Source: a bacterium (GTDB lineage: Bacteria > Methylomirabilota > Methylomirabilia > CAVQYV01). From it: 17,791 bases of DNA. Where the stretch lies: the NCBI GenBank assembly GCA_043800755.1, contig JAZDMQ010000105.1:1-17791 (forward strand). Reading direction: 5' to 3'. Below, one piece after another: positions 1-8,114 of this stretch (positions within the stretch are counted from its first letter, which is position 1; each line of letters starts with the position of its first letter). Under the pieces are notes generated by a model. That model did no database searches, was not told the origin of the DNA, and saw nothing but the letters and a program-made list of their open reading frames with translations. Both the position numbers and the translations under genes were made by a program.

Positions 1-141
1 GGGGGCGGGAAGATGCTGATCCGAGAGCTGTCTCAAACCCAGGCCACGGTTGTATTCCGCCAGGAGGGCCAGGCCTCCGTGGGCGGTAAGCTGTTCCTGG
101 GTGCTTTCGATCTTGAATCCCAACACCGTTTGTCGTATCAT
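1..141 (-). CDS. IS1380-family transposase, N-terminal 47 aa (runs off the window edge)
   Basis: Not in the ORF track; translated by hand from ATG at 141: MIRQTVLGFKIESTQEQLTAHGGLALLAEYNRGLGLRQLSDQHLPAP. The 'LTAHGGLALLAE...GL' start is typical of IS1380-family DDE transposases. SD AAGGAGG lies just upstream. Confidence 0.8.
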   Translation of the reverse strand, partial: MIRQTVLGFKIESTQEQLTAHGGLALLAEYNRGLGLRQLSDQHLPAP

Positions 142-189
142 ATTCAGAGCCCTCCTTGGTCTGATGGGATTTCACCTTGCAGGTGAGCC

Positions 190-218
190 ATTATACTCAC
201 CGAAACCCCTGATACCAA
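190..218 (-). promoter_or_regulatory. Sigma70-type transposase promoter TTGGTA-N17-TATAAT
   Basis: Minus strand: -35 TTGGTA (218-213), 17-nt spacer, perfect TATAAT (195-190), about 50 nt upstream of the transposase ATG. Confidence 0.65.
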
Positions 219-384
219 GAGGGCTTTTTCAATTTCTCGGGCGTCTATCTCTGTTTTAGGGTACCACCGATGGATATCATCCCGACATCCAAATCCAGAA
301 CCAGCTGAAGGGGTTGGCGAACTTGCTGGAGGTTGGCAATCCTCGCGATCAAAAAAACTCGGGCAGATTGGAGTGCCAATCAAT

Positions 385-981
385 TCAGCGCGGTGGCACC
401 AGCCAGGATTTGAGAGCCCTCTCCGGGTACTTCGACCTCCTGGAAGCGTCATTCTGGCAGGCGTGCTCTTCTCGAGAGGAACCTCCCTGCTCAGATGGGT
501 TGACCTCGGAGGCTGGCTGCCTAAACAGCCGAGCGTGGACCAAGATGGGGGTTCCGGCTCGCAGGGCCAGGGCTATGGCGTCGCTGGGGCGGGAATCGAG
601 GGATAGCTCGTGACCATCCCCCGTTTCCAGATGCAGCCAGGCATAGTAAGTGTTCTCTCACAGATCATGGATGAGAACCTCTTTCAGCCGGACATTCAGG
701 CCCCTCAGGATCGAGATCATCAGATCATGGGTGAGGGGTCGAGGAGGGACCTGCTGATTCAAGGCCATGGTGATGGCCTGGGCCTCCGCGGGTCCAATGA
801 ATATCTCCACCACTCCCTGGCCGCCCTTCTCCCGTAGCACGACATAGGGCTGCTTCAAGGCACCCTCTGCCGCCACACCCAGTAACTCCACCTCCCTCGC
901 TTCCTCGCTTCCTGCCCAACCTGGGCTGCACCACCAAAGGATCAGGCAGACTCCCCAAAGGCAAATCGCAGTTTTTCGCAT
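385..981 (-). pseudogene. Bifunctional nuclease (DUF151/BFN) family gene with N-terminal signal peptide, interrupted by in-frame TGA at 658-660
   Basis: Motifs IFIGPAEAQAI and PPRPLTHDL precede the stop. The same frame continues DL*ENTYYAWLHL...SLDSRPSDAIALALRAGTPILV (the diagnostic DSRPSDAIALA motif) to TGA at 385-387. Likely start is ATG 981 with a GGAGG SD. Confidence 0.8.
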
Positions 982-1025
982 CTCAATCCCTCCCTCGAAG
1001 AGCTCGCTATGCAGGCTCTTTTCTC

Positions 1026-1075
1026 TTGACATCCCCCTCTTGCGGATGTTAATCCTCAGCATCGTTCAAAGTCAA
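1026..1075. promoter_or_regulatory. Overlapping divergent sigma70-like promoters with an imperfect palindrome
   Basis: Plus strand TTGACA at 1026-1031 with a weak -10 near 1048-1054. Minus strand TTGACT (1075-1070)-N18-TAACAT (1051-1046). Inverted repeat TTGACATCC-N9-GGATGTTAA at 1026-1052. Confidence 0.45.
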
Positions 1076-1110
1076 CAGGCTATGGGTGTACCAGAGGGGA
1101 GGAGAAAGGG

Positions 1111-2007
1111 ATGGAGGCAATCCGAAGAGTTGGGATCCTGGGATGTGGCACCATGGGGGCGGGGATTGCTCAAGTGGTAGCTACTGCCGGCTATACCACC
1201 CTGGTGCGGGAGCCCGAAGAAGGACTCCTGCAGAAGGGGAGGGAGAGGATCGAAAAGGGCCTGGAGAGGGCAGTGGAGAAGGGTAAACTCGATGCCTCCA
1301 AGAAGGATCAGGCCCGGCAGCGTCTCTCCGGGGTGACCTCTCTGGAGGAGATGAAGGATTGCCACTTAATCATCGAGGCCCTCCCCGAAGAAATCGGTCT
1401 CAAGAAGGAGCATCTGCGGAAGTTCGATGCGCTCTGTCCCGCCTCCACTATATTGGCCAGCAACACCTCCTCCCTCATGATCACCGAGCTGGCAGCCTCT
1501 ACTGGCAGGCCGGAGAAGGTAATCGGTCTCCACTTCTTCAATCCACCTGCCGTGATGAACTTGGTGGAAATTGTCAGAACCCCCTTCACCTCATCCCGGA
1601 CCCTAAAGGTGGTTCAGGAGTTTGTCGCCTCTCTCCCAAAAACCTCTATCCTGGTACCCGATCGTTGCGGATTTGTAGTCAACCGCCTCTTGATTCCCTA
1701 CCTCCTGGACGCAATTCAATCCCTGGACAATGGCCTCGCCTCAGTGCAGGACATCGACACGGGAATGCGCCTCGGATGTGGTCATCCCATGGGACCTCTG
1801 GCCCTCTCTGACTTCACCGGTCTGGATGTGCTGCTCCATATCGCAGAGGTGATGTTCCACGAATATCGGGAGAGGCGGTTCGCCCCACCTCCCCTCCTCC
1901 GCCGCATGGTGCTCGCCGGCTGGCTGGGCAAGAAGACGGGCAGGGGCTTCTATGACTACCGGGGGCCCGAGCCCCGGGCCGTCTCCCTCGGGTGGGGAGA
2001 AGCTTAA
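1111..2007 (+). CDS. hbd: 3-hydroxybutyryl-CoA / 3-hydroxyacyl-CoA dehydrogenase
   Basis: GCGTMGAGIA Rossmann motif, ASNTSS, GLHFFNP catalytic His, GFVVNRLL, GHPMGPL, LGKKTGRGFY; 298 aa. Confidence 0.93.
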   Translation: MEAIRRVGILGCGTMGAGIAQVVATAGYTTLVREPEEGLLQKGRERIEKGLERAVEKGKLDASKKDQARQRLSGVTSLEEMKDCHLIIEALPEEIGLKKEHLRKFDALCPASTILASNTSSLMITELAASTGRPEKVIGLHFFNPPAVMNLVEIVRTPFTSSRTLKVVQEFVASLPKTSILVPDRCGFVVNRLLIPYLLDAIQSLDNGLASVQDIDTGMRLGCGHPMGPLALSDFTGLDVLLHIAEVMFHEYRERRFAPPPLLRRMVLAGWLGKKTGRGFYDYRGPEPRAVSLGWGEA

Positions 2008-2790
2008 ATGGACTTTTCAGAGATCATCCTGGAGAAGAAGGAGCAGGTCGCCTGGCTCACCCTGAATCGGCCCCAGCACCTCAACGCCCTGGGCCGCCGG
2101 GCGATCGAGGAGCTGGATCAGGCCTTGATCGAGGTCGAAAGGGACGACCAGATCCAGGTCTTGATCATCACCGGGGCAGGAGAAAAGGCCTTTGCCGCCG
2201 GGGCCGACATCTCCGAAATGGCGGGCATGAATCCGGAGGAGGCGGAGGCCTTCTCCCGGCTGGGACAGGGGGTTTCTTGGCACCTGGAGGAGCTGAAGAA
2301 GCCCTCTATTGCCGCCATCAACGGCCTGGCCTTGGGGGCGGGGTGCGAGCTGGCCATCTCCTGTAGCCTGCGAATTGCCTCGGAGTCCGCCAGATTGGGA
2401 CAGCCGGAGGTGAACTTGGGAATCATCCCCGGCTGGGGCGGGACCTCTCGTCTTCCTCGCTTGATCGGGCGGGGCCGCGCCCTATACCTGATCCTGCGGG
2501 GCGAGATCATTGACGCCCAGGAGGCCTGGAGGATCGGCCTGGTAGATAAGGTGGTCCCTGGGGCCGAACTCATTTCCTTCGTGAAGGGTGTGGCCCAGGA
2601 TCTGCTGCGAAAGGGTCCGCTGGCTCTGCGGGCGGCCCTGAAGGCGGTAATCGGCGGGGAAGATCTCAGTCTCTCGCAGGCAATGGCCCAGGAATCCAGG
2701 CTATTTGGAGAGCTCTGGGGAAGTGAGGATCGCCGGGAGGGCCTATCCGCCTTCCTCGAAAAGCGGAAGCCCAAGTTCCAGGGAAAATAA
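2008..2790 (+). CDS. Enoyl-CoA hydratase (crotonase family)
   Basis: LNRP..LNAL, KAFAAGADISEM, AAINGLALGAGCELA, GQPEVNLGIIPGWGGT with both catalytic Glu; ATG immediately follows the hbd stop codon. Confidence 0.93.
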   Translation: MDFSEIILEKKEQVAWLTLNRPQHLNALGRRAIEELDQALIEVERDDQIQVLIITGAGEKAFAAGADISEMAGMNPEEAEAFSRLGQGVSWHLEELKKPSIAAINGLALGAGCELAISCSLRIASESARLGQPEVNLGIIPGWGGTSRLPRLIGRGRALYLILRGEIIDAQEAWRIGLVDKVVPGAELISFVKGVAQDLLRKGPLALRAALKAVIGGEDLSLSQAMAQESRLFGELWGSEDRREGLSAFLEKRKPKFQGK

Positions 2791-2854
2791 GGGAAACGGA
2801 GCAGGGCGGATAGAGCCGTTTTCGCATGAGCCATTGGCTACCCAGGAGTATAAA

Positions 2855-4636
2855 TTGAGAAGAGTCCTTCTCTCAGGCAACGAGGCGGTGGCCAGGGGGG
2901 CCTATGAGGCGGGGGTGAGGGTAGCGGCCGGCTATCCCGGCACGCCCAGCACCGAGATCTTAGAGAGTATGGTGCGTTACCCGGAGATCTATGCTGAATG
3001 GTCCCCCAATGAGAAGGTGGCCTTCGATGTGGCGGCCGGCTCCTCCATGGCCGGGGCCCGATCGCTGGTGGCCATGAAGCATGTAGGGGTCAATGTGGCC
3101 GCCGATTCCCTCCTGACCTTCTCCTACACCGGGCTCCGGGGAGGATTCATCCTGGTCTCCGCCGATGATCCGGGGATGCACAGCTCTCAGAACGAGCAGG
3201 ACAATCGGTATTACGCCAAGTTCGCCCAGATTCCCATGCTGGAGCCGGCTGACAGCCAGGAGGCAAAGGATTATACCCGCCTGGGTTTAGGGCTATCCGA
3301 GCGGTTTGACGCCCCGGTCCTGCTGCGCCTCACCACCCGCATCTCCCATTCCAAGGGGCCGGTCTCCCTGGGAAGGCGGAAGGAGCATCTCCCCGGGGGC
3401 TTCCATAAAGAGCCTGCAAAATTCGTCATGGTGCCCGGTTACGCCCGAGCCAGGCACCCGCTGGTGCTGGACCGCCTGAGCCAGCTGCGTCGGTTTGCGG
3501 AACGGTCTCGATTGAATCGGATCGAATGGGGGAACCGCAAGGTGGGCATCGTGGCCGCGGGCATCTCCTATCAGTATGCCAAGGAGGCCCTGCCCTCCGC
3601 TTCTTTCTTGAAGCTGGGGATCTCCTACCCGCTCCCTGCCAAGCTGGTCTCCGAGTTTGCCTCCGAGGTGGGGAGGATCCTGGTGGTGGAGGAATTGGAG
3701 CCCTTCCTGGAGGAGGAGCTGAGGTGGTTGGGGATTCGAGCCGAGGGAAAGGACCTCTTCCCCCGCGTGGGTGAGCTCAATCCCGACCTGGTGGAGGAGG
3801 GGCTGCGCAGGGCAAAGATCCTGAGGCCGAAGTCCACCCCGCGGAGGAAGGGAAAGGCAACCCCGCCCGTCTTTCCCCGCCCTCCGGTCCTATGCGCGGG
3901 CTGTCCCCACATGGGGATCATGCAAGCCCTCAAGGAGCTAAAGGTAACTGCCACCGGGGACATTGGATGCTATACCCTCTCCGCCCTGCCCCCGATAGAG
4001 GCCATCGATACCTGCATCGCCATGGGATCGAGCATCGGCAATGCCCTGGGCATCGAGAAGGCCATGCCCCCAGGGGCTTCTCCCAAGGTGGTGGCGGTGA
4101 TCGGGGATTCTACCTTCCTTCATAGTGGCATACCAGCCCTCCTGGATGTGGTATACAATCAGGGCCGGGTGATGGTCATCCTGGTGGATAATCGCACCAC
4201 CGCCATGACCGGAGGGCAGGATCATCCGGGCACCGGCATCACCTTGAAGGGGGAGGTGAGTCGGAAGCTAAATCTTCCGCGGCTCTGTCAGGCCCTGGGG
4301 ATCGAGCGGGTGAGGGAGGTCGATCCCTATGACCTTCAGCAGACCCGTGCCGTCCTGCGGGAAGAACTGGATTCGCCCCTCCCCTCGGTGGTGATCACCA
4401 ACAGACCCTGCGTACTCTTGGGGCCGAGGAGGAAAGGGGGTGGCTATGCGGTGGATTCCGAGAGGTGCATCGGATGCCGGCTTTGCCTCCAGTTGGGCTG
4501 TCCTGCGCTGGCCTGGGAAGAGAAGGGCGGAGAAAGGAAGGGGGTCGTTCAGATCGACGCGACCGCCTGCAATGCCTGCAGCCTCTGCGCCCAGATTTGC
4601 AGGCAGGACGCCATACAGGGAGAGAAGGACGCGTGA
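2855..4636 (+). CDS. iorA: Indolepyruvate:ferredoxin oxidoreductase alpha subunit
   Basis: GNEAVARG, YPGTPSTE, NEKVA, MKHVG, DDPGMHSSQNEQD, RPPVLCAGCPH, GDIGCYTL, TPP motif GDSTFLHSG...NRTTAMTG, and a C-terminal 2x[4Fe-4S] domain. Start placed at TTG 2855 (AGGAG at 2844-2848) rather than 2705. Confidence 0.93.
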   Translation: MRRVLLSGNEAVARGAYEAGVRVAAGYPGTPSTEILESMVRYPEIYAEWSPNEKVAFDVAAGSSMAGARSLVAMKHVGVNVAADSLLTFSYTGLRGGFILVSADDPGMHSSQNEQDNRYYAKFAQIPMLEPADSQEAKDYTRLGLGLSERFDAPVLLRLTTRISHSKGPVSLGRRKEHLPGGFHKEPAKFVMVPGYARARHPLVLDRLSQLRRFAERSRLNRIEWGNRKVGIVAAGISYQYAKEALPSASFLKLGISYPLPAKLVSEFASEVGRILVVEELEPFLEEELRWLGIRAEGKDLFPRVGELNPDLVEEGLRRAKILRPKSTPRRKGKATPPVFPRPPVLCAGCPHMGIMQALKELKVTATGDIGCYTLSALPPIEAIDTCIAMGSSIGNALGIEKAMPPGASPKVVAVIGDSTFLHSGIPALLDVVYNQGRVMVILVDNRTTAMTGGQDHPGTGITLKGEVSRKLNLPRLCQALGIERVREVDPYDLQQTRAVLREELDSPLPSVVITNRPCVLLGPRRKGGGYAVDSERCIGCRLCLQLGCPALAWEEKGGERKGVVQIDATACNACSLCAQICRQDAIQGEKDA

Positions 4637-5235
4637 AGAAGCAGGTGGAGAATATCCTGGTGGCCGGAGTGGGGGGGCAGGGGGTCCTGTTGGCGAGTGA
4701 GGTCCTGGCGGAGGCGGCCCTCCAGGCCGGCTTTGAGGTGAAGAAGAGCGAGATTCACGGGATGGCGCAGAGGGGAGGGGTAGTCACCAGCCATGTCCGC
4801 TACGGCCGGGAGGTTTTCTCGCCCCTGATCAGGGCGGGGCAGGTGGATGTGCTCTTGGCCTTCGAGGAAGCAGAGGCCCTGCGGTGGTCGCCCCTTCTGA
4901 GGGATGAGGGCATCCTGGTCGTGAACCGGCAAAGGATCCTCCCTCCTCTGGTCACCCTGGGGCGGGCGTGCTATCCGCCGGACATCGCGGCCGCCCTCTC
5001 CTCCCTGAAGGATCGCTATGTTGAGGTAGGGGCATTCTCCCTGGCCCAGGAGATGGGGGACCGCCGGTTGGTGAATACTATCATGTTAGGGGCGGCATCC
5101 CCCCTCTTGGAGATCCCCCTCGCCTCCTGGAGGAGGTGCCTGGAAAGGAAGTTCCCGGGGCCGCTGCGGGATCTCAATCGAGCCGCCTTCGAGAGAGGAC
5201 GCCAGTTGGTTCTGGCGGCAAGGGGGCAAGCCTGA
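4633..5235 (+). CDS. iorB: Indolepyruvate:ferredoxin oxidoreductase beta subunit
   Basis: AGVGGQG, SEIHGMAQRGG.V.SHVR, EEAEALR, NTIMLGA. GTG start at 4633 overlaps the iorA stop (GTGA). Confidence 0.92.
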   Translation: MKKQVENILVAGVGGQGVLLASEVLAEAALQAGFEVKKSEIHGMAQRGGVVTSHVRYGREVFSPLIRAGQVDVLLAFEEAEALRWSPLLRDEGILVVNRQRILPPLVTLGRACYPPDIAAALSSLKDRYVEVGAFSLAQEMGDRRLVNTIMLGAASPLLEIPLASWRRCLERKFPGPLRDLNRAAFERGRQLVLAARGQA

Positions 5236-5361
5236 ACGGACCTCGACGCCCAAGCATCTCCCGTTTCTTGCTGGACCGGATCTGGCCCAACCTGGCCTGG
5301 GATCCCTCCGGTGTCCCTTGCGGGGTGCGGGCACTGGGCGCATGCCTGTTCAAGAATTGGC

Positions 5362-5390
5362 TTGACAAAGGTATTGCCATGAAGTATTTT
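5362..5390 (+). promoter_or_regulatory. Sigma70 promoter TTGACA-N17-TATTTT for the csp gene
   Basis: Perfect -35 at 5362-5367, 17-nt spacer, TATTTT at 5385-5390. Confidence 0.7.
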
Positions 5391-5392
5391 CT

Positions 5393-5569
5393 GCCGAAAC
5401 CGGGGGGGTGAGCGAATCCGCGAGAGGCGAAAACGTGGATTACAAGGAGGTCATGAAGAGAGATGCCCATCGGTTTTGGCGTTTTGGTGGTCCTGAACTC
5501 TAGCCCGAGGTCTCAGGATCAACGGGGCGGGTTCCTACGGTGTCATGTTCAAAAATAGGAGGTGCGGAG
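5393..5569 (+). ncRNA. Putative structured 5' leader of the cold-shock gene
   Basis: About 175-nt UTR. Pairings 5393-5403/5470-5480, 5415-5422/5434-5441 and 5491-5496/5513-5518. Long structured leaders are known for cspA genes. Confidence 0.4.
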
Positions 5570-5773
5570 TTGAAGAAGACGGGCAAGGTGAAGTGGTTCA
5601 ATGATAGCAAGGGCTACGGTTTCATTGAACAAGAGGCTGGCGAGGACGTCTTTGTCCATTATTCAGCAATCCAAGATGAAGGCTTCAAGACCTTGAAAGA
5701 AGGCCAAGAGGTTGAATTTGAGGTAGTTGAAGGACCGAAGGGACCCCAAGCCACGAATGTAGTGAAGGTCTAA
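5570..5773 (+). CDS. Cold-shock protein (CspA family)
   Basis: [15 protein letters not shown] (RNP1), DVFVHYSAI (RNP2), [13 protein letters not shown] start at 5570 with AGGAGG at 5557-5562; 67 aa. Confidence 0.96.
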   Translation: MKKTGKVKWFNDSKGYGFIEQEAGEDVFVHYSAIQDEGFKTLKEGQEVEFEVVEGPKGPQATNVVKV

Positions 5774-5784
5774 GTAGCTCAACC

Positions 5785-5841
5785 TGACCTTGAAAGGAAA
5801 AGCCCTGAGGGAGAGATCCCTCGGGGCTTTTCCTTTGGTCA
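5785..5841. terminator. Bidirectional intrinsic terminator
   Basis: AAAGGAAAAGCCCTGAGGGA-GAGA-TCCCTCGGGGCTTTTCCTTT long hairpin between the convergent csp and transglycosylase genes. Confidence 0.88.
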
Positions 5842-5890
5842 ACGGCTCCAGGCGAGGGAAGAGATGGCCCGTGGAGGAGGCGGGGTCGGA

Positions 5891-7354
5891 TCAGAGGGAG
5901 CGGCCCCCGGGGATTCGGAGGCGATCGCCAGGCCGAATCACGGCCTGGGGCCCGAGGCCGTTCGCCTGCCGCAGCTCTCTTACCGTCACCCAATGGCGGC
6001 GGGCGATCTGCAGCAGGGTATCCCCTCTCTGGACCACATAGGAGCGAGGGGACTCCTGGGAAAAGGAGGCGGCCTCTGCCCGCCTCAGGGAGGGAAGGTA
6101 GGCGAGGTGCGTTTCTGCCATTCCTCTCCGGAACCCGTGGGGAATGGGCAGGAGGAGCTCTTTCCCCGCCGGGAGGGTCTGATAAGAGGGGAGGTGGTTC
6201 ATCTGGGCAATTATCGGCACCGGCACCCGATAGCGCCTCGCGATTCGAGAGAGGGTCTCTCCCTTTTGCACTGAGTGGCGGGTCCAGGCGATCCTCTCTT
6301 CCGAGGGAATGGCCGAAAAGGCCTCCCAGAAGAGATATTTGGCCTCCAGAGGGATTCGAACCTCGTAGTGGGTTCGATCGGGGGGAGTACATCCCCAATT
6401 CAATTCCGGGTTCAGGGCCCGGATCTCTTCCAGGGAGGTCTCACAAGCCCGGGCGATGACCCTCAAATCCGTACAGGAATCGAGCGCGACCTTGGTGTAA
6501 CGCGGAGAGTCCTCCTGGATGGGGGGGAAAAAATAGGCCTCGGGCTCCCTGAGGATCAGGGTGACTGCCATGAAGCCAGACACCAGGCGCCAGGTCTCCC
6601 GGGGAAGGTGGAGAGACCAGAAGTCGGACTGGGGACGCCCTCGAAGGGCCTTCAGCACCTTGGCTTCCCCGGTATTGTAGGCCGCAATGGCCAGGGGCCA
6701 AGAGCCAAAGAGCTGATAGAGTTGCTTGAGGTAAGCGGCCGCCGCCCGAGTGGATTTCTCGGGGTCCCGCCTCTCGTCCACCCACCAGTTCACCTGCAGG
6801 CCAAAGAGCCTGGCGGTTGACTCCATAAACTGCCAGATGCCTGCGGCCCCTGCCCGGGAATAGGCGAAGGGATTGAAGCCGCTCTCCAAGAAGGCGAGAT
6901 TACAGAGATCCACCGGAAGACCCATCCTCTCGAATACGGCCTTGACCTGGGCCAGATAGGCCTCGGCCTTGCGAAATCCCTCCAGCAGAGAGCCCCTCTC
7001 CTTGGTCTGGTACCGCTGCAGGTGGTTCGAGACAGATCGATTGATTTCTACATCCAGGCGCTCTGCGGGCCTCCTATGATTGACCCCCGGCATGGTCTCC
7101 TGCTCTGCATCCGCAGGGGAATTGACCTCCTGCGACTTGCCCTCCCGCTCCGGGGAGGGGAGGGAGATCTTGTTGGGGGGAGAGGAAGGCAGGGCGATCC
7201 CCGCCTGGACAGAGGGAGGCAAGAAGGCCAGGGCAAGGGCCAGGAGGATCAAGGACAGAAAGAGTCGAGCCCTCGCCCCACCCGGCTTGGGGCATCCCCT
7301 TAAGGGGCGGCGATTAGATCTGGATTTCTTCCAATATCTGGCGACAGGCTTCAT
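5891..7354 (-). CDS. MltD-like lytic transglycosylase with LysM domains
   Basis: Hydrophobic signal segment; SLT motifs ESGFNP..SRAGAAGIWQFM, VDERRDP, AAYNTGE; LysM repeats HSVQKGETLSRIARRY and YVVQRGDTLLQIARR. Start uncertain (41-nt overlap with the patatin gene). Confidence 0.9.
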   Translation of the reverse strand: MKPVARYWKKSRSNRRPLRGCPKPGGARARLFLSLILLALALAFLPPSVQAGIALPSSPPNKISLPSPEREGKSQEVNSPADAEQETMPGVNHRRPAERLDVEINRSVSNHLQRYQTKERGSLLEGFRKAEAYLAQVKAVFERMGLPVDLCNLAFLESGFNPFAYSRAGAAGIWQFMESTARLFGLQVNWWVDERRDPEKSTRAAAAYLKQLYQLFGSWPLAIAAYNTGEAKVLKALRGRPQSDFWSLHLPRETWRLVSGFMAVTLILREPEAYFFPPIQEDSPRYTKVALDSCTDLRVIARACETSLEEIRALNPELNWGCTPPDRTHYEVRIPLEAKYLFWEAFSAIPSEERIAWTRHSVQKGETLSRIARRYRVPVPIIAQMNHLPSYQTLPAGKELLLPIPHGFRRGMAETHLAYLPSLRRAEAASFSQESPRSYVVQRGDTLLQIARRHWVTVRELRQANGLGPQAVIRPGDRLRIPGGRSL

Positions 7355-8114
7355 AGCCCTCCTTCTTCAGCCGCTCGGGCGAGGAAAAGTCATAGACGCT
7401 GAAGGCCTCAATTCGGGGAGAGTAGATCTCATAGACGACTGCCCCCGCCGCGCGGGCCGCCTGAAACTCTTTCTGGGTCATCTGCTTTCCCAGATAGTCG
7501 ACGATCCTCCAGGGCCGATATCGACCCCATCCCGCACAGTACTTGAAGAGAAACCCGAGATTGGCCGCGAGGATGAGGTCACAACCCCTCTCCTGCGCGA
7601 CCCGGACAGGGACATTGCCCGCGAGCCCTCCATCCAGGAAGAGCTTTCCATTCCAGGAGTAGGGCCAATGGGCAGCGGAGCTGGCGAGGAGGGGATCGAT
7701 GATCGAAGAGGCGTTATCCCTTCCCCCGATGGCCACTCGCCGGAGCTGGGGTAGCGTCAAGGCCGTCAGATAGAAGGTAGTGTGGAGATCGGAGAATCTG
7801 ATGCCCTCGAGCCCCAGGTCATCTCCCAATAGGGTCCTCTTGGAGGATTCGGAGAAGAGGTGGCGGACCCTAAAGAAGGGCAAGAGTGGGTCTCCTTTCC
7901 CCACCTCCAGCGCGATCCTTTGGGCGACTGCCTCCATCCTTTCCAAGGCTTCGGGGAAGGGGAAGGAGCAGTAGACCGCCCCCACCCAGGCGCCGATGCT
8001 TACCCCGACCACCAGATCAGGCCTGTATCCCGAGTCTTCCAGGGCCTGGATCACACCCAGGTGCGCCGCGCCCCGCGCCGCCCCTCCTCCCAGGACCAAG
8101 GCACGCCTTTTCAT
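7314..8114 (-). CDS. Patatin-like phospholipase
   Basis: GGGAARG oxyanion loop, GVSIG nucleophile elbow, DGG motif. Confidence 0.9.
   Translation of the reverse strand: MKRRALVLGGGAARGAAHLGVIQALEDSGYRPDLVVGVSIGAWVGAVYCSFPFPEALERMEAVAQRIALEVGKGDPLLPFFRVRHLFSESSKRTLLGDDLGLEGIRFSDLHTTFYLTALTLPQLRRVAIGGRDNASSIIDPLLASSAAHWPYSWNGKLFLDGGLAGNVPVRVAQERGCDLILAANLGFLFKYCAGWGRYRPWRIVDYLGKQMTQKEFQAARAAGAVVYEIYSPRIEAFSVYDFSSPERLKKEGYEACRQILEEIQI

Larger units (their letters stand above)
1..261 (-). mobile_element. Left end of an IS1380-family insertion sequence
   Basis: Transposase start, its promoter, and a candidate terminus reading CC(C)TAAAACAG on the minus strand at about 260-261 (IS1380 ends usually begin with CC). 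The partner IR is outside the window, so the boundary is approximate. Confidence 0.6.

Noticed and set aside
262..384. Short palindromes and GGTTGGC repeats between the IS end and the nuclease gene
   Set aside because: Stems of 6 bp or less and a two-copy 7-mer; no U-tract, tRNA fold or CRISPR periodicity.
2705..2854. Upstream extension of the iorA ORF (and likewise 4465-4632 for iorB)
   Set aside because: Overlaps the preceding gene; better SD-supported or coupled starts exist at 2855 and 4633.
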